From an uncultured delta proteobacterium (lineage in GTDB: Bacteria; Desulfobacterota; Binatia; UBA9968): a DNA stretch of 64,000 nucleotides. The position numbers and the translations under genes are program-made. This document shows positions 43,280-53,447 of the stretch, in pieces. A model generated the notes under the pieces. The model searched no databases. It was not told the DNA's origin and saw only the letters and a program-made list of their open reading frames with translations. The stretch is from assembly GCA_963755715.1 (NCBI GenBank), contig CAVWLW010000054.1, positions 96,001 through 160,000 of the forward strand, in the 5' to 3' direction. Numbering within the stretch: the first letter of the stretch is position 1; each line of letters opens with the position of its first letter.

Positions 43280-46200
43280 CTAGGCCTTCATCCATTCAGC
43301 ACAGCGCGTAGCAAAATTCGCTAACAGTTCCTCTCTTTCCGCCGCCGGCACCCGAAGCTCTTCGGCCAAGTAGTTTATGATTTGGCTACCCTCGTTCAAT
43401 TCTAGAACACCGGGAAGTTGAGTGCGCGCATTCGATGAGCGTTGTCTCCAGTAATTCAGCTTCTCAGCCACATAGCCGACATTTGATCGAAGAAGTATTT
43501 TAATCCAGAGAAGCCAATCACCGCATAGCGTGTAGCCCGCGTCCAGTCCATCGATTGATCTTAGGACGCTCGCTCGAAGGAGAACCGCACTAGCATTTGG
43601 AATGGTGTTCTTTTTGGATAAGTAATCCTTGATCTCCACCCGCCCATTATTGATAAAGTTCTTTTTCCAACGCCAAGGATCTAGATCGTCTGTCCACTGA
43701 ACGGCGTCTCCAACGACTCTACTGCTCGGATCAATAAGATAAGATTGACAATAAACGAGACCGAGCGACTTATCGCTTTCAAGAATCGGCAACAATTTGC
43801 TCAAGAAATGGGGAGAAGCGCAATCATCCGACTCGGCAAACCATACGTATTCTCCGCGAGCGTTTTCTAAGCCTATCTGCCATTGTTTGAAGGCAGATCT
43901 GTTACCGGTTTCATTAAACAAGAACCGAAACATGGGATAGTGCGCATAGGTTTGGATGATTTCTCTACTGTTGTCTGTCGAAGCGTCATCCAATACGACT
44001 ACCTCAAGATCACGAAACGTCTGGTTTATGATTGAATCCAATCGCTGCCGAAGATACGGCGCATGATTATAGTTCGGGACTATAACTGAAACCTTTGGCG
44101 CAGACAGACCGCCGACCGATGAAATCGTGCGGCCGGGGCTTGATATTTGCTCGCTTCGGCGCTGCGCAAACTGATCGATGACACTAAAGATCTCCTCACC
44201 GCCGATCGCTACGTCATGATCAGCTCGGACTCTCTGCTGGGCCGTCGCCCCTCGTTGTATTAGTTCCTCCTGATGAGCACACAAGAAAACCACTTTTTCC
44301 GCCATTCCTCTGGTGTCTTCGAACGGAATAACATAGCCAGCATCGTTCTGGACAAAGTCCGGCATTCCGCCAACCTTATCAAAACAGACAATAGGCAAAC
44401 CGCAATCAGCCGCTTCCAAGCAGACGAGCGGAAAGGGATCTTCTCGTGAGGTCAAGAGAAATAGGTCACCGGCAGCAAAATAGCTCCGAGCATCTTGAAC
44501 TTCTCCAAGAAAAACCACCCGGTCTTGAAGACCGAGTTTTCGGACTTTGGTTTGAAGTTGCTCAAGTTCCCCCGTGTCGGTTCCGATCCAAAAGAAATAA
44601 GCGTCTTTCAGACCTAATCTGTTTGCCTGATCTGCCACCTCGATAAAGAGATCAGGGCCCTTTCGCCAATCGGTGGTGCCACATCCAAAGATGTTGAATC
44701 CCTCTTCCGGCAATTGTTTCTGTCTTCTGATAGCGATTCGAGTGAGAGGATTACGATTTTCTTCCCGGCACTTTATAAACTCATACACCGTTGTGATTCT
44801 TTCACGGGAAACACGGTGCACAATTTCTAGATTTCTCGCCACCGGCGGGGAAGCTGCAATAAAATGATCCGTTAGCCCAATCAGATGCTCAAGCTCCTCT
44901 TTTGAACACCACCTCTTTAGCGCATTTTCCAATTCATGCGCGTGGGTGATGACCGGGATTTGCAACTTGGAAAGGTGCGTGGCGATATCACCGGACACAA
45001 GCGTATTGATGTAGACAAGAGAGTTTGAGCTACCGCAGAAGCGAAGCAGCTTTTCCCTGATTCGTTCTCCGTTGAACGAAAACAACGAATCTAACTCCAA
45101 GACGGGACCGAGTTGATAAAAATTCGGCACCAGGGGTCCACCGTGCCTTAAGATGATCTTGGGGCGAATCCCCTTTTTGTCACGAAGCCATTCAATCAGA
45201 GTAATCAAGAGCCGCTGGGCTCCTGCGTTGGCCGCATCATGAGACACAAAAACGATTTCCAGCCCTGGGTTGTCGGACTTTGTGAATTCCTTTAAAGCAT
45301 TTGACGTTGCTTGAAGGTACGCATATCCGTATCTTCTGTCGGGCTCCAAGTAAGCGCCTTCACTCCATTCATTCCAAGCATTAATAAACACCAACCGCTT
45401 ATCCGGATCGGATTCCTTAGCGGCAAACCTGCAAGCTTGAGCTAGCCATTCCTGATACAGTGTAGGGGTTGAATTCTGGTAGGTCATACCCTTTCCGGGC
45501 TTCCTGGCCTCGTTATCCCACGAAGGGCAAACGCCTCTGAACAAAGTAAAGTCCGCGCGCGAGATCTTCTTCGCGGACTCAATCAAATAGGAGTAGTCAC
45601 AAATCACCCCTTGATAATTAGGGTTGACGATCTTCATCTGACCATTCAACACAGGCGCGCCCACTGCTAGCTCATGCGGAGGAAATTCGACAGTGGCATC
45701 GAATCCCAGCGGTCTTGGGTCTTCGGTTTCGGAGGCTTGGACGGCAACCAGATATAAACCCCCCAAACTGTTTCTTGCACAGTAGTCGCGCCACCTTTGG
45801 GCGCTCGCCTCTGGGTCAGGAAGCAAAGACGGCTTGTATATGACGAGCAATGGTCGGCCGTTGACTCTAATATATCGTCTATCACGAAACGCTGGTTCAA
45901 GACTCTGAATGAACGCGAGATCGTCTTCGGGCGAGTGGGCTTGAGCGATCAACACTTCGTGGTCCAAACCATCCCAGCGCCTTGTCCAGTGCTCGTTGGC
46001 CCAGCAGAGACAAAACCGAAAATCCAATTGAGGATTGTTGAGGAACTGCTTTAAAGGCAGATCAAGCAGGCGCTTGCCACCGAACCAGTAATAATGGAAG
46101 CAAAATCCAAAAAGGCCGTATTTCCGGGCAAGTCTTATCTGGCGCTCTTGAATCTCGGGAATACGGAGGTCATAGAAGCCAAGCTCGCCCGGCAAACGAG

Positions 46201-47161
46201 GTTGATAATGTCCGACGAACTGGGGAGTAGCCCTAGAGACATGCGTCCATTCGGTGAAACCCCGTCCCCACCACTCGTCGTTCTCGGGAATGGGATGAAA
46301 TTGGGGTAAATAAAATGCAATTAACTTAATGTCCGATTCGTCAATTTCACAGCCTTCTTTGCAGATGGAGACGTACTCGGGGCTTGGGCCCGCAGATCGC
46401 GCAAAGACTTCTGTAAGATACTGATCGACAACTGTTGTCGTGACACTCGAATCTGGAGACAACGACTCGGATTGAAACTGTCGGGTTGAGGCAGAAAGTT
46501 TCTTCGTTGTCGCTTGGTGACGAATTATCGGGGATGTCCTGGAAGCAATCTTCTTCACAAGCGCTAGGACTCCATGGGCCCTAAGGGCTTTCTTCCCGAC
46601 AGTAATAAGATTGGCAAGGGAGATACGAAACGAAACGGTCGGATCTCCCCAGATTGCCGCAGCGTGTTCAAGAGCTGTTCCGTCCGGAACATACGTAGAG
46701 AGAATAATGTTCGCCTGTCGGTTCGCGAGGCGACCTAGTCCTAGACGGAATTTGATCCACTTTGGATCGCGATTGAAGCGACTCGGACTGATAAACTTTT
46801 GGCGCGTGATCTTGATACCATCTCCGTCCTCAATCACCTCAACTTGGAATGCAATACGTTGATCGTATTTTCGTCGCGCATTAGGCATGAGCGCGATGTA
46901 GCTGATAAACTTTGCCCTGGCCGGGATATAGAGACGATATGCGGCTGAAGAAGGCTGGCTCATGCAGAGAACGTCTCTGGCCCTGCCCCGGACTGCTACC
47001 TCGGATATCCACCAGTTTTTTTGCTCAGTGCCAAGCTGCGTCTGAGAGACCGCACTTAAACCACTGAGAGGAATTGAGTGATATGCCTTCTGACGCCATG
47101 TTTTCCCAATTTTCGAAAGAGAAAAGATTTTCCGTCGCTTGACTTTCTCCCTGGCCCGCAT
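43280..47161 (-). CDS. Beta-sandwich domain + WbsX/GH99-like + GT4 + GT2 fusion
   Basis: IAFYLPQFHPIPENDEWWGRGFTEW and FINAWNEWSEGAYLEPD (WbsX-like), SREDPFPLVCLEA (GT4) and VPNYNHAPYL (GT2); ATG at 47161 preferred. Confidence 0.9.
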   Translation of the reverse strand: MRAREKVKRRKIFSLSKIGKTWRQKAYHSIPLSGLSAVSQTQLGTEQKNWWISEVAVRGRARDVLCMSQPSSAAYRLYIPARAKFISYIALMPNARRKYDQRIAFQVEVIEDGDGIKITRQKFISPSRFNRDPKWIKFRLGLGRLANRQANIILSTYVPDGTALEHAAAIWGDPTVSFRISLANLITVGKKALRAHGVLALVKKIASRTSPIIRHQATTKKLSASTRQFQSESLSPDSSVTTTVVDQYLTEVFARSAGPSPEYVSICKEGCEIDESDIKLIAFYLPQFHPIPENDEWWGRGFTEWTHVSRATPQFVGHYQPRLPGELGFYDLRIPEIQERQIRLARKYGLFGFCFHYYWFGGKRLLDLPLKQFLNNPQLDFRFCLCWANEHWTRRWDGLDHEVLIAQAHSPEDDLAFIQSLEPAFRDRRYIRVNGRPLLVIYKPSLLPDPEASAQRWRDYCARNSLGGLYLVAVQASETEDPRPLGFDATVEFPPHELAVGAPVLNGQMKIVNPNYQGVICDYSYLIESAKKISRADFTLFRGVCPSWDNEARKPGKGMTYQNSTPTLYQEWLAQACRFAAKESDPDKRLVFINAWNEWSEGAYLEPDRRYGYAYLQATSNALKEFTKSDNPGLEIVFVSHDAANAGAQRLLITLIEWLRDKKGIRPKIILRHGGPLVPNFYQLGPVLELDSLFSFNGERIREKLLRFCGSSNSLVYINTLVSGDIATHLSKLQIPVITHAHELENALKRWCSKEELEHLIGLTDHFIAASPPVARNLEIVHRVSRERITTVYEFIKCREENRNPLTRIAIRRQKQLPEEGFNIFGCGTTDWRKGPDLFIEVADQANRLGLKDAYFFWIGTDTGELEQLQTKVRKLGLQDRVVFLGEVQDARSYFAAGDLFLLTSREDPFPLVCLEAADCGLPIVCFDKVGGMPDFVQNDAGYVIPFEDTRGMAEKVVFLCAHQEELIQRGATAQQRVRADHDVAIGGEEIFSVIDQFAQRRSEQISSPGRTISSVGGLSAPKVSVIVPNYNHAPYLRQRLDSIINQTFRDLEVVVLDDASTDNSREIIQTYAHYPMFRFLFNETGNRSAFKQWQIGLENARGEYVWFAESDDCASPHFLSKLLPILESDKSLGLVYCQSYLIDPSSRVVGDAVQWTDDLDPWRWKKNFINNGRVEIKDYLSKKNTIPNASAVLLRASVLRSIDGLDAGYTLCGDWLLWIKILLRSNVGYVAEKLNYWRQRSSNARTQLPGVLELNEGSQIINYLAEELRVPAAEREELLANFATRCAEWMKA

Positions 47162-47213
47162 AGATTTAAAAAATTTAAGAAAAGCCTTCACAGGACCACA
47201 ACGCCTGCGTCTA

Positions 47214-47960
47214 TTAGTGAAGGAGTTTGTGGTACTCGTCGAGAGCGACGCCGGGTTTGCCGACAAACTTCTGCTTGCCATGATCGAGAACGCAGACGCG
47301 GTCACATAACTTAGCGACTTGGCCTGCATCATGGGATACAAAGACGATCGTTTTACCTTGTGCCTTGAAGCGGTTCATTGTGTCCTGGCATTTTCTCTGG
47401 AATTCTTCGTCTCCAACCGCTAATACTTCGTCGACGATGAGGATACTAGGATTCAGGTTAATGGCGAGTGCAAAGCCCAGACGAGCATGCATACCGGAGG
47501 AGTAATTCTTCATGGTGGTATCCATGAAATCATCTAATTCCGAAAACTCGACGATGGCAGGATAAAGGGCCTCGATTTCCTTACGGCAAAGACCATGGAT
47601 CGAAGCGCCTAAAAAGATGTTTTCTCTTCCTGTTAGCTCTGGATGAAAGCCCACTCCAAGCTCGATCATGGCGCCAACGCGACTATTTTTCGGCATGCGG
47701 ACTTCGCCCGACGAGGGCGGATAAATCCCCGCGATTATTCTTAGCAGGGTACTCTTGCCGGAGCCATTCCTGCCGATGACGCCAAACGACTCGCCGGCCT
47801 GAATAGCTAACGTAATGTCCCGCAACGCCCAGAATGTTTCGACGTCCTCCCGGTAGCGTTTGTGAAACAATCCGATGAATTTCGACTTCAATGAATTGGA
47901 TCGGTTATGGCGAATGGTGAACGCCTTGGACAGATTGACGATATCGATGCTGTCCGACAT
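47214..47960 (-). CDS. wzt: Polysaccharide ABC exporter ATP-binding subunit without C-terminal carbohydrate-binding domain
   Basis: GRNGSGKST, YSSGM and VDEVLAVGD; about 250 aa. Confidence 0.92.
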   Translation of the reverse strand: MSDSIDIVNLSKAFTIRHNRSNSLKSKFIGLFHKRYREDVETFWALRDITLAIQAGESFGVIGRNGSGKSTLLRIIAGIYPPSSGEVRMPKNSRVGAMIELGVGFHPELTGRENIFLGASIHGLCRKEIEALYPAIVEFSELDDFMDTTMKNYSSGMHARLGFALAINLNPSILIVDEVLAVGDEEFQRKCQDTMNRFKAQGKTIVFVSHDAGQVAKLCDRVCVLDHGKQKFVGKPGVALDEYHKLLH

Positions 47961-47964
47961 TCGC

Positions 47965-48732
47965 CTAGACCTCCTCGGCAAATCTAGCCTTATAGGAGCG
48001 GTGCACTTTGTAACCGATCAGCAACGAGAATGCAGTGAGCAACATCAGGATCGTGAATCGAGAAAAGTCAGGTACAGCTTGACGATAAAGAATATCTTGG
48101 TAACTGAGAATAAAAAAAGACTGAGGGTTTAGGTAAATAGCCGATTGTAATGACTCCGGAATGTTTTTAACATCGTAGATGATCGGTGTAAGCCAAAAGA
48201 GCAACAACAGCGCGATCTCAATAAAATGACGCACGTCGCGATAAAAGACGGTTGCCGTCGAAATCACAAAGCTCAAACCAAGTGTAAAGAGCATGTGCAA
48301 AATAAGCAGTGGAAAAAACCACAGAGTTACCAAAGACATTGGCACCTGGAAAAAGAGTACAGTCATCGGCACGAATACGATTAATGCAAAACCGAACTGG
48401 GCCAGGTTAAAAAGGACCGTCGCAACTGGAAAAACCTCCATAGGTACGGCGACCTTTCTAATCAGGTTGCCATTTTCGAGGATCGATCCTGTGGACATCA
48501 TCATCGACTGGGCAAAAAAATTCCAAGGCAAAATACCGATCAGCAAAAAATAAGAAAAATTTACTATCGTCGTCTTGAGAATATGGCTAAAAACAAAGCT
48601 ATAGACCAGAATAAGCAGCAAGGGATTCGCGAGAGACCACAGAAACCCCAGTACAGAGTCTCGGTATTTAAGCTTTAAGTCCTTTACAACAAGATTTCTG
48701 ATCAGTTCTCGATATGCAAGGAGAGTACGCAT
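47965..48732 (-). CDS. wzm: Polysaccharide ABC exporter permease
   Basis: DLKLKYRDSVLGFLWSLANPL, FYRDV, TPIIY and LNP. Confidence 0.92.
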   Translation of the reverse strand: MRTLLAYRELIRNLVVKDLKLKYRDSVLGFLWSLANPLLLILVYSFVFSHILKTTIVNFSYFLLIGILPWNFFAQSMMMSTGSILENGNLIRKVAVPMEVFPVATVLFNLAQFGFALIVFVPMTVLFFQVPMSLVTLWFFPLLILHMLFTLGLSFVISTATVFYRDVRHFIEIALLLLFWLTPIIYDVKNIPESLQSAIYLNPQSFFILSYQDILYRQAVPDFSRFTILMLLTAFSLLIGYKVHRSYKARFAEEV

Positions 48733-48979
48733 AGAGGAAATGTTTACCAGAGACTTTTATAAAAGTCACAACAGTAACGAAAATGGGGCTTCCGCCCGGC
48801 AATAAACTGTAGATGTAAGATTTAATCGCTTTTATGATCACTCAACAGTTGGACTGTCTGAAGGGAGAGAAAATACCAGCACAGTCGCAGACTAGCCACT
48901 AGCCAGATGATTATCTTTTTTCAGCATGCTTGGCAACCTGTCCTGCAGCTTCGGTGACTCCTTTACGCCAATCGGCACG

Positions 48980-49620
48980 TTAGACCCGGGCTTCATATTC
49001 AAAAGAGTTCAGAAATCCCTCAATCACTGATGTACGCGGCACACCGGAGTTGAGCGCTCCAACCCACGCAGAAAACCCGCCAGGGTCGGGGTCGCGACGC
49101 AGCAGGTCGAAGTACAACAGGGACACATCCAGTCGGTTCTGACTCACACTTAGGCTCTGAAACTCCGCCGAGTCCAGAAAGCTTAAAGCCACCTGCGCAC
49201 GCGTCATCTGTCCGCTATTCAACGCGCCCACCCAAGCGTTGAGTCCCCCCGTGTCCGCCGAGCGCAGCAATACGTTCGCGTACATCTTGTCGACAAACTC
49301 CGCGTCGGTCAGATTGCTGCCGAACTTCGCCTTAAATTCACCCGAGTCTAAAAAAAACTGCACGATCTGTTCCCGCGACATCCCGTCCAATAACACCTCC
49401 AACCAAGCCCGAAAGCCGGCATGGTCGGGATCCCGAGTTAGAATCCCCAGATAGGTTCGCGCAATGAATTTCCCTCTAAAATAGAATTCCTCGGAACCCA
49501 TAAACCCCTCAATCAGGCTCGACCTCGGAAGCCCGTTGTTCAGCGCATTGACCCAGGCCGAGGTTTCTACAGACGCAGGCTCTCGATCCAGAAAATCCAA
49601 ATACTGCTGACGAACGAAGA
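48980..49620. repeat. DUF4214-coding cassette, copy A (copies B ~51059-51697, C ~53455-54090)
   Basis: About 640 bp encoding FVRQQYLDFLDREP...YFDLLRRDPDPGGFSAWV, with long identical nucleotide runs in all three genes. Confidence 0.95.
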
Positions 49621-50873
49621 TCGCGTTCTCGGTCGCGGAGTCACTGGACAAAACGAATACCTTGCCCAATCCGAAAGAGAGGATGTACAACAAGCCGTCG
49701 GGTCCAACTTTGAGATCCGTGATGCCGCCAAAGCCAATCCCTAAAATAATTTCTTGAAGCTCTGCGCTGCTGTCGGCCACCCGATCCGCGAGCCCCATAG
49801 TCGTAAAGTCAAGTCCATCACGCGTCGAATTGACTTTGAAATGATAGAGGTTGCCGTTATTGATGTCGCCGGCTAAGACGTCGTTCTGGTAATCGGCGCC
49901 CAAAAGCGGCGATCTCATGAAGACGATCGCCGTCAACCCTACCGGATTGAACCATGAAAATTTGGGGTCGGCATAGTGCGAGCCGGGAAATTGAACCAGA
50001 TCGCCGGTTCCTTCCGCGTCACGGCCAACAGGGCCCATAATCCGCTCCCAGCCGCTATTAAATCCGGGCAGGACTAGATTGATCTCATCGTACCTATCCG
50101 GACCGTTTTCGGTATCCCAAAGTTCTGCCGTGAGCGGATCGAAAGCCAGGCCAAAGCTATTGCGGACTCCGTACGCATAGTACTTTGCCAGCTGGCCTCC
50201 CTGAGAAAAGAACGGATTATCCATCGGAATACTACCGTCGTCGTTGATGCGGAAGAATTACCCCGGTGTCGTCCGGGCCGGCGCCGGCGGGAAAGTTTTG
50301 TAGCTGGCCGTCGCGGTTGAGATCGCCGATGACAATATAGAGCTTGCCGTCGGGACCGAAGGTCATCGCGCCGCCATTGTGATTCGGTCCCGGTGTAACC
50401 GGCAAACTGATAATCAGCGTTGGGTTGATTAAATTGCTGCCGTTCCAGGTGTAACGAACGACACGGTTGTCTAACGGTGAACCGTTATCACTGGCACTGC
50501 TGCTTTGCGTGTAATAAAGGTAGACAAAAAAGTTTGAAGCAAAGTTGGGGTGAAGTGCGACGCCCAGCAGCCCACGTTCTGAAGCGGTGTCTACAGCAAC
50601 ATCCAGTACTTCCCCGGCTTGCAATACGCCGTTGATAACACGTCTAACCCGCCCATCTCCCTTTTGCAGAATAAGAAGATCGCCCGGTCCGATAAACACC
50701 ATGGCTGTAGGCTGACTCAATCCACCCACAACCTCGTTTACCCGAAGCGATGGATCCGTTAGCGTTTGTGCATTGGAGACAGATATAAGAAGAAAACTAA
50801 AGACCCAAAGAATTGCGAGCTCGCATAATTTGAGCTCAACCCGCCCTCTTGAGTGAAACGACAGGAGTGCCAT
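48980..50873 (-). CDS. Secreted PQQ-dependent glucose/sorbosone dehydrogenase-family protein with DUF4214 tail (frameshift near 50250)
   Basis: ERGLLGVALHPNF, NHNGG, FGPDGKLY, YGVRNSFG and DEIN; ORFs 50232..50873 and 48980..50224 join. Confidence 0.88.
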
Positions 50874-50883
50874 GGGATAGCAA

Positions 50884-50913
50884 TTTATAGAACGTCACGT
50901 GCGTAAGAATCAA
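50884..50913 (-). promoter_or_regulatory. sigma70-type promoter, copy 1
   Basis: TTGATT-N18-TATAAA; a homologous element lies at 53184-53213. Confidence 0.55.
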
Positions 50914-51058
50914 CGTCGGTACTTCAGCGTCTTGACTGCGACCCCACGACCCTCACCGCGGGGTGGCTTATAACTTATTAAGAGGGAACCACTCCACGTC
51001 GCTCCATAGTGGCCAGCAGCGGAATCCCTTTCATCGTCCCACTCTCGGCGCGGAGCGT

Positions 51059-52681
51059 TTAGAATCGAGCCTGATATTCACTAGACATCAGAAATCCGTC
51101 AATCACCGATGCGAACGGCACACCGGAGTTGAGCGCTCCAACCCACGCAGAAAACCCGCCAGGGTCGGGGTCGCGACGCAGCAGGTCGAAGTACAACAGG
51201 GACACATCCAATCGGTTCTGGCTCACACTTAGGCTCTGAAACTCCACCGAGTCCAGAAAGCTTAAAGCCACCTGCGCGCGCGTTATCTGTCCGCTATTCA
51301 ACGCGCCCACCCAAGCGTTGAGTCCCCCCGTGTCCGCCGAGCGCAGCAATACGTTCGTGTACATCTTGTCGACAAACTGCGAGTTCGTCAAATTGCTGCC
51401 GAAGTTCGACTTAAATTCACCCGAGTCTAAAAAAAACTGCACGATCTGTTCACGGGACAACCCGTCCAGCAATACCTCCAACCAAGCCCGAAAGCCGGCA
51501 TACTCAGCATCGCGAGTTAGAATCCCCAGATAGGTTCGAGCAATGAATTTGCCTTTAAAGTAGAATTCCCCGGAATCCATAAACGCCTCAACCAAGCTCG
51601 AGCTCGGAAGCCCGTTGTTCAGCGCATTGACCCAGGCCGAGGTTTCTGCAGATCCAGGCTCCCGATCCAGAAAATCCAAATACTGCTGACGAACAAAAAG
51701 ACTGTTATTAGAGAGTGGTAAGTTCTGCCACCCCAAATCCGCGAACACCTCTAACGCCAACCCTACGTCCTGGGTTGCACCTGTGTAAAATGGCTCCATG
51801 AGCTCATTTGGTGCAACGGCCGTATCAAAATGTGAAACAGAAGAGCCCGGTTGCTGAGGACTCGGCGCATACATTTGCACGTGGCCGCTTGCATCAACTC
51901 CAGCTGTCAAGTGACCGCTTGCCGCCAGTACATTCGAGCCGACCCAGTGGAGATTTCCGCTATTTCGGCTCGCACTGACCCTTTCCGCGTCGGTCATCTG
52001 AGGATACAGTTTACCGGTACTATGGTTTTCCAAATGGAGCGAAAAAACATCATTCAAACCTGCCAGTTTTGTCCCAGATGCAAGATCGACAAAAGATTGG
52101 AAACCGAGTCCGTGCCCAAGTTCGTGTAAAACGACGCTCACGAAGTCCAAGCTTCCCGCAGGCGGAGCGCCGTCGAGTCCGTAATACCAAACTAACGGGA
52201 ACGAACAGGTGGTGCCTATTGCGCTGTTGAAAGTTGCCCGAATATCGCTAGTCGCGGGATCGCTGTCTATGCCGGTCAGACTATTCGCTAGCGCCTGCGG
52301 GTACCATGTGTTTGGCAACGGTGCACCGGTAAAATCCCTGTGAACCGTCCTAGTGCCCGCCGCACCAAGAGTTGCAGATGTCGCTGAACACGTTAACGGA
52401 TCGAGATTCGCGTCGATTTTAATTTCAATAGGACTCGACAAAAGACTTGCCCAAATATTAGCTGCATATTGAAATGCAATGAGCCGTTGAGCGCCTAGTG
52501 TGGCTCCGCTATTACCGCCGGAAGTGGAAGCTGCATTTGGCGGATTTGGGTCGTTGAAACCTTCGTTCGGCCCATCAACATTGACGACCGTGATAACCGC
52601 TGAATGCGCAGTTTCCGCCGTTAGCAAATCTTGGACGTAAAAACTCGAGCTTATGAGCAAGCATACGAGAACTTGCCGCAT
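51059..52681 (-). CDS. Secreted zinc metallopeptidase with DUF4214 tail
   Basis: Signal peptide, EGFNDP, HELGHGLGF (HExxH), SVSHFD and LMEP. Confidence 0.85.
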   Translation of the reverse strand: MRQVLVCLLISSSFYVQDLLTAETAHSAVITVVNVDGPNEGFNDPNPPNAASTSGGNSGATLGAQRLIAFQYAANIWASLLSSPIEIKIDANLDPLTCSATSATLGAAGTRTVHRDFTGAPLPNTWYPQALANSLTGIDSDPATSDIRATFNSAIGTTCSFPLVWYYGLDGAPPAGSLDFVSVVLHELGHGLGFQSFVDLASGTKLAGLNDVFSLHLENHSTGKLYPQMTDAERVSASRNSGNLHWVGSNVLAASGHLTAGVDASGHVQMYAPSPQQPGSSVSHFDTAVAPNELMEPFYTGATQDVGLALEVFADLGWQNLPLSNNSLFVRQQYLDFLDREPGSAETSAWVNALNNGLPSSSLVEAFMDSGEFYFKGKFIARTYLGILTRDAEYAGFRAWLEVLLDGLSREQIVQFFLDSGEFKSNFGSNLTNSQFVDKMYTNVLLRSADTGGLNAWVGALNSGQITRAQVALSFLDSVEFQSLSVSQNRLDVSLLYFDLLRRDPDPGGFSAWVGALNSGVPFASVIDGFLMSSEYQARF

Positions 52682-52689
52682 TATTTGAG

Positions 52690-53115
52690 CTACTTTTTGC
52701 CGCTCGAATCTGCTGTCGGAAGGTCGTGTCCAATCCGCACTTTACCGTCTGCATCGATGGTGGCCATCAATGGAGTAAGAAAGCGCTCGTCGAGATGGAT
52801 CATAACTCCGCCGCCGGGAACCGGACTTACTGTTTCTCGTAAGGGCGGCATCGCCAGAGTGTTGATCTGCGGTTGTTGGGTTTGACCAGTTGGCGCAGCC
52901 ATGGGAGGAACCGTAATTTGACCAGTCTGAGGATCGATATGCACGATCGTGGCTTGTCCGTCTGCTGACGGTTCAGTTGCTTGGATAGTTTCAATCCTCA
53001 AATTCCTTGTCTGTGACTCGGCATCAACCGGTCTTCCAATCCAACCAATACAGCCACTTAGAGAGGGTGCAAATAGCACCAGTACAAATCCAATTTGGAT
53101 TGATGTTTGTCGCAT
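52690..53115 (-). CDS. Small exported/lipoprotein, post-PEP-CTERM-1-like domain
   Basis: LSGC lipobox; HIDPQTGQ, GGGVMIHLDERF and IDADGKV motifs. Confidence 0.6.
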   Translation of the reverse strand: MRQTSIQIGFVLVLFAPSLSGCIGWIGRPVDAESQTRNLRIETIQATEPSADGQATIVHIDPQTGQITVPPMAAPTGQTQQPQINTLAMPPLRETVSPVPGGGVMIHLDERFLTPLMATIDADGKVRIGHDLPTADSSGKK

Positions 53116-53183
53116 CGAGGCTCCAATGCGGAAATTTATGATTCCACGATCAAATTTTTCCGTGGCACATCAAGCACACCCAA

Positions 53184-53213
53184 CTTATAGAACGTCACAT
53201 TCGCACGAATCAA
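53184..53213 (-). promoter_or_regulatory. sigma70-type promoter, copy 2
   Basis: TTGATT-N18-TATAAG, sharing the TGACGTTC spacer with copy 1. Confidence 0.55.
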
Positions 53214-53447
53214 GTCATTCCGGAAGACATCTGACGATCGAATCGCTTGATTCGTTTGCTGTTGTGGATCGGACTTGGTGAGGAAACGGCAGGAGGAAAT
53301 CGTAAAAAATTTGCGCGATGTCGTTGCTCCGTGAGTTGGTTGACTAATACTAGATCGCTGAATTTATCCGTTCACGGCTTTAATTTAGAAAACTCACGTC
53401 ATGCCGGCGCCGTGGCAGCCAGATGCTCCACAGGCGGCAACCGCCTA

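Noticed and set aside
47162-47341. Start of the 1353-aa ORF at 47341
   Set aside because: It overlaps wzt by about 130 bp; ATG at 47161 is more plausible
48929-48947. sigma54-like TGGCA...TGC elements (also near 53163 and 56025)
   Set aside because: Wrong GG-GC spacing or wrong orientation
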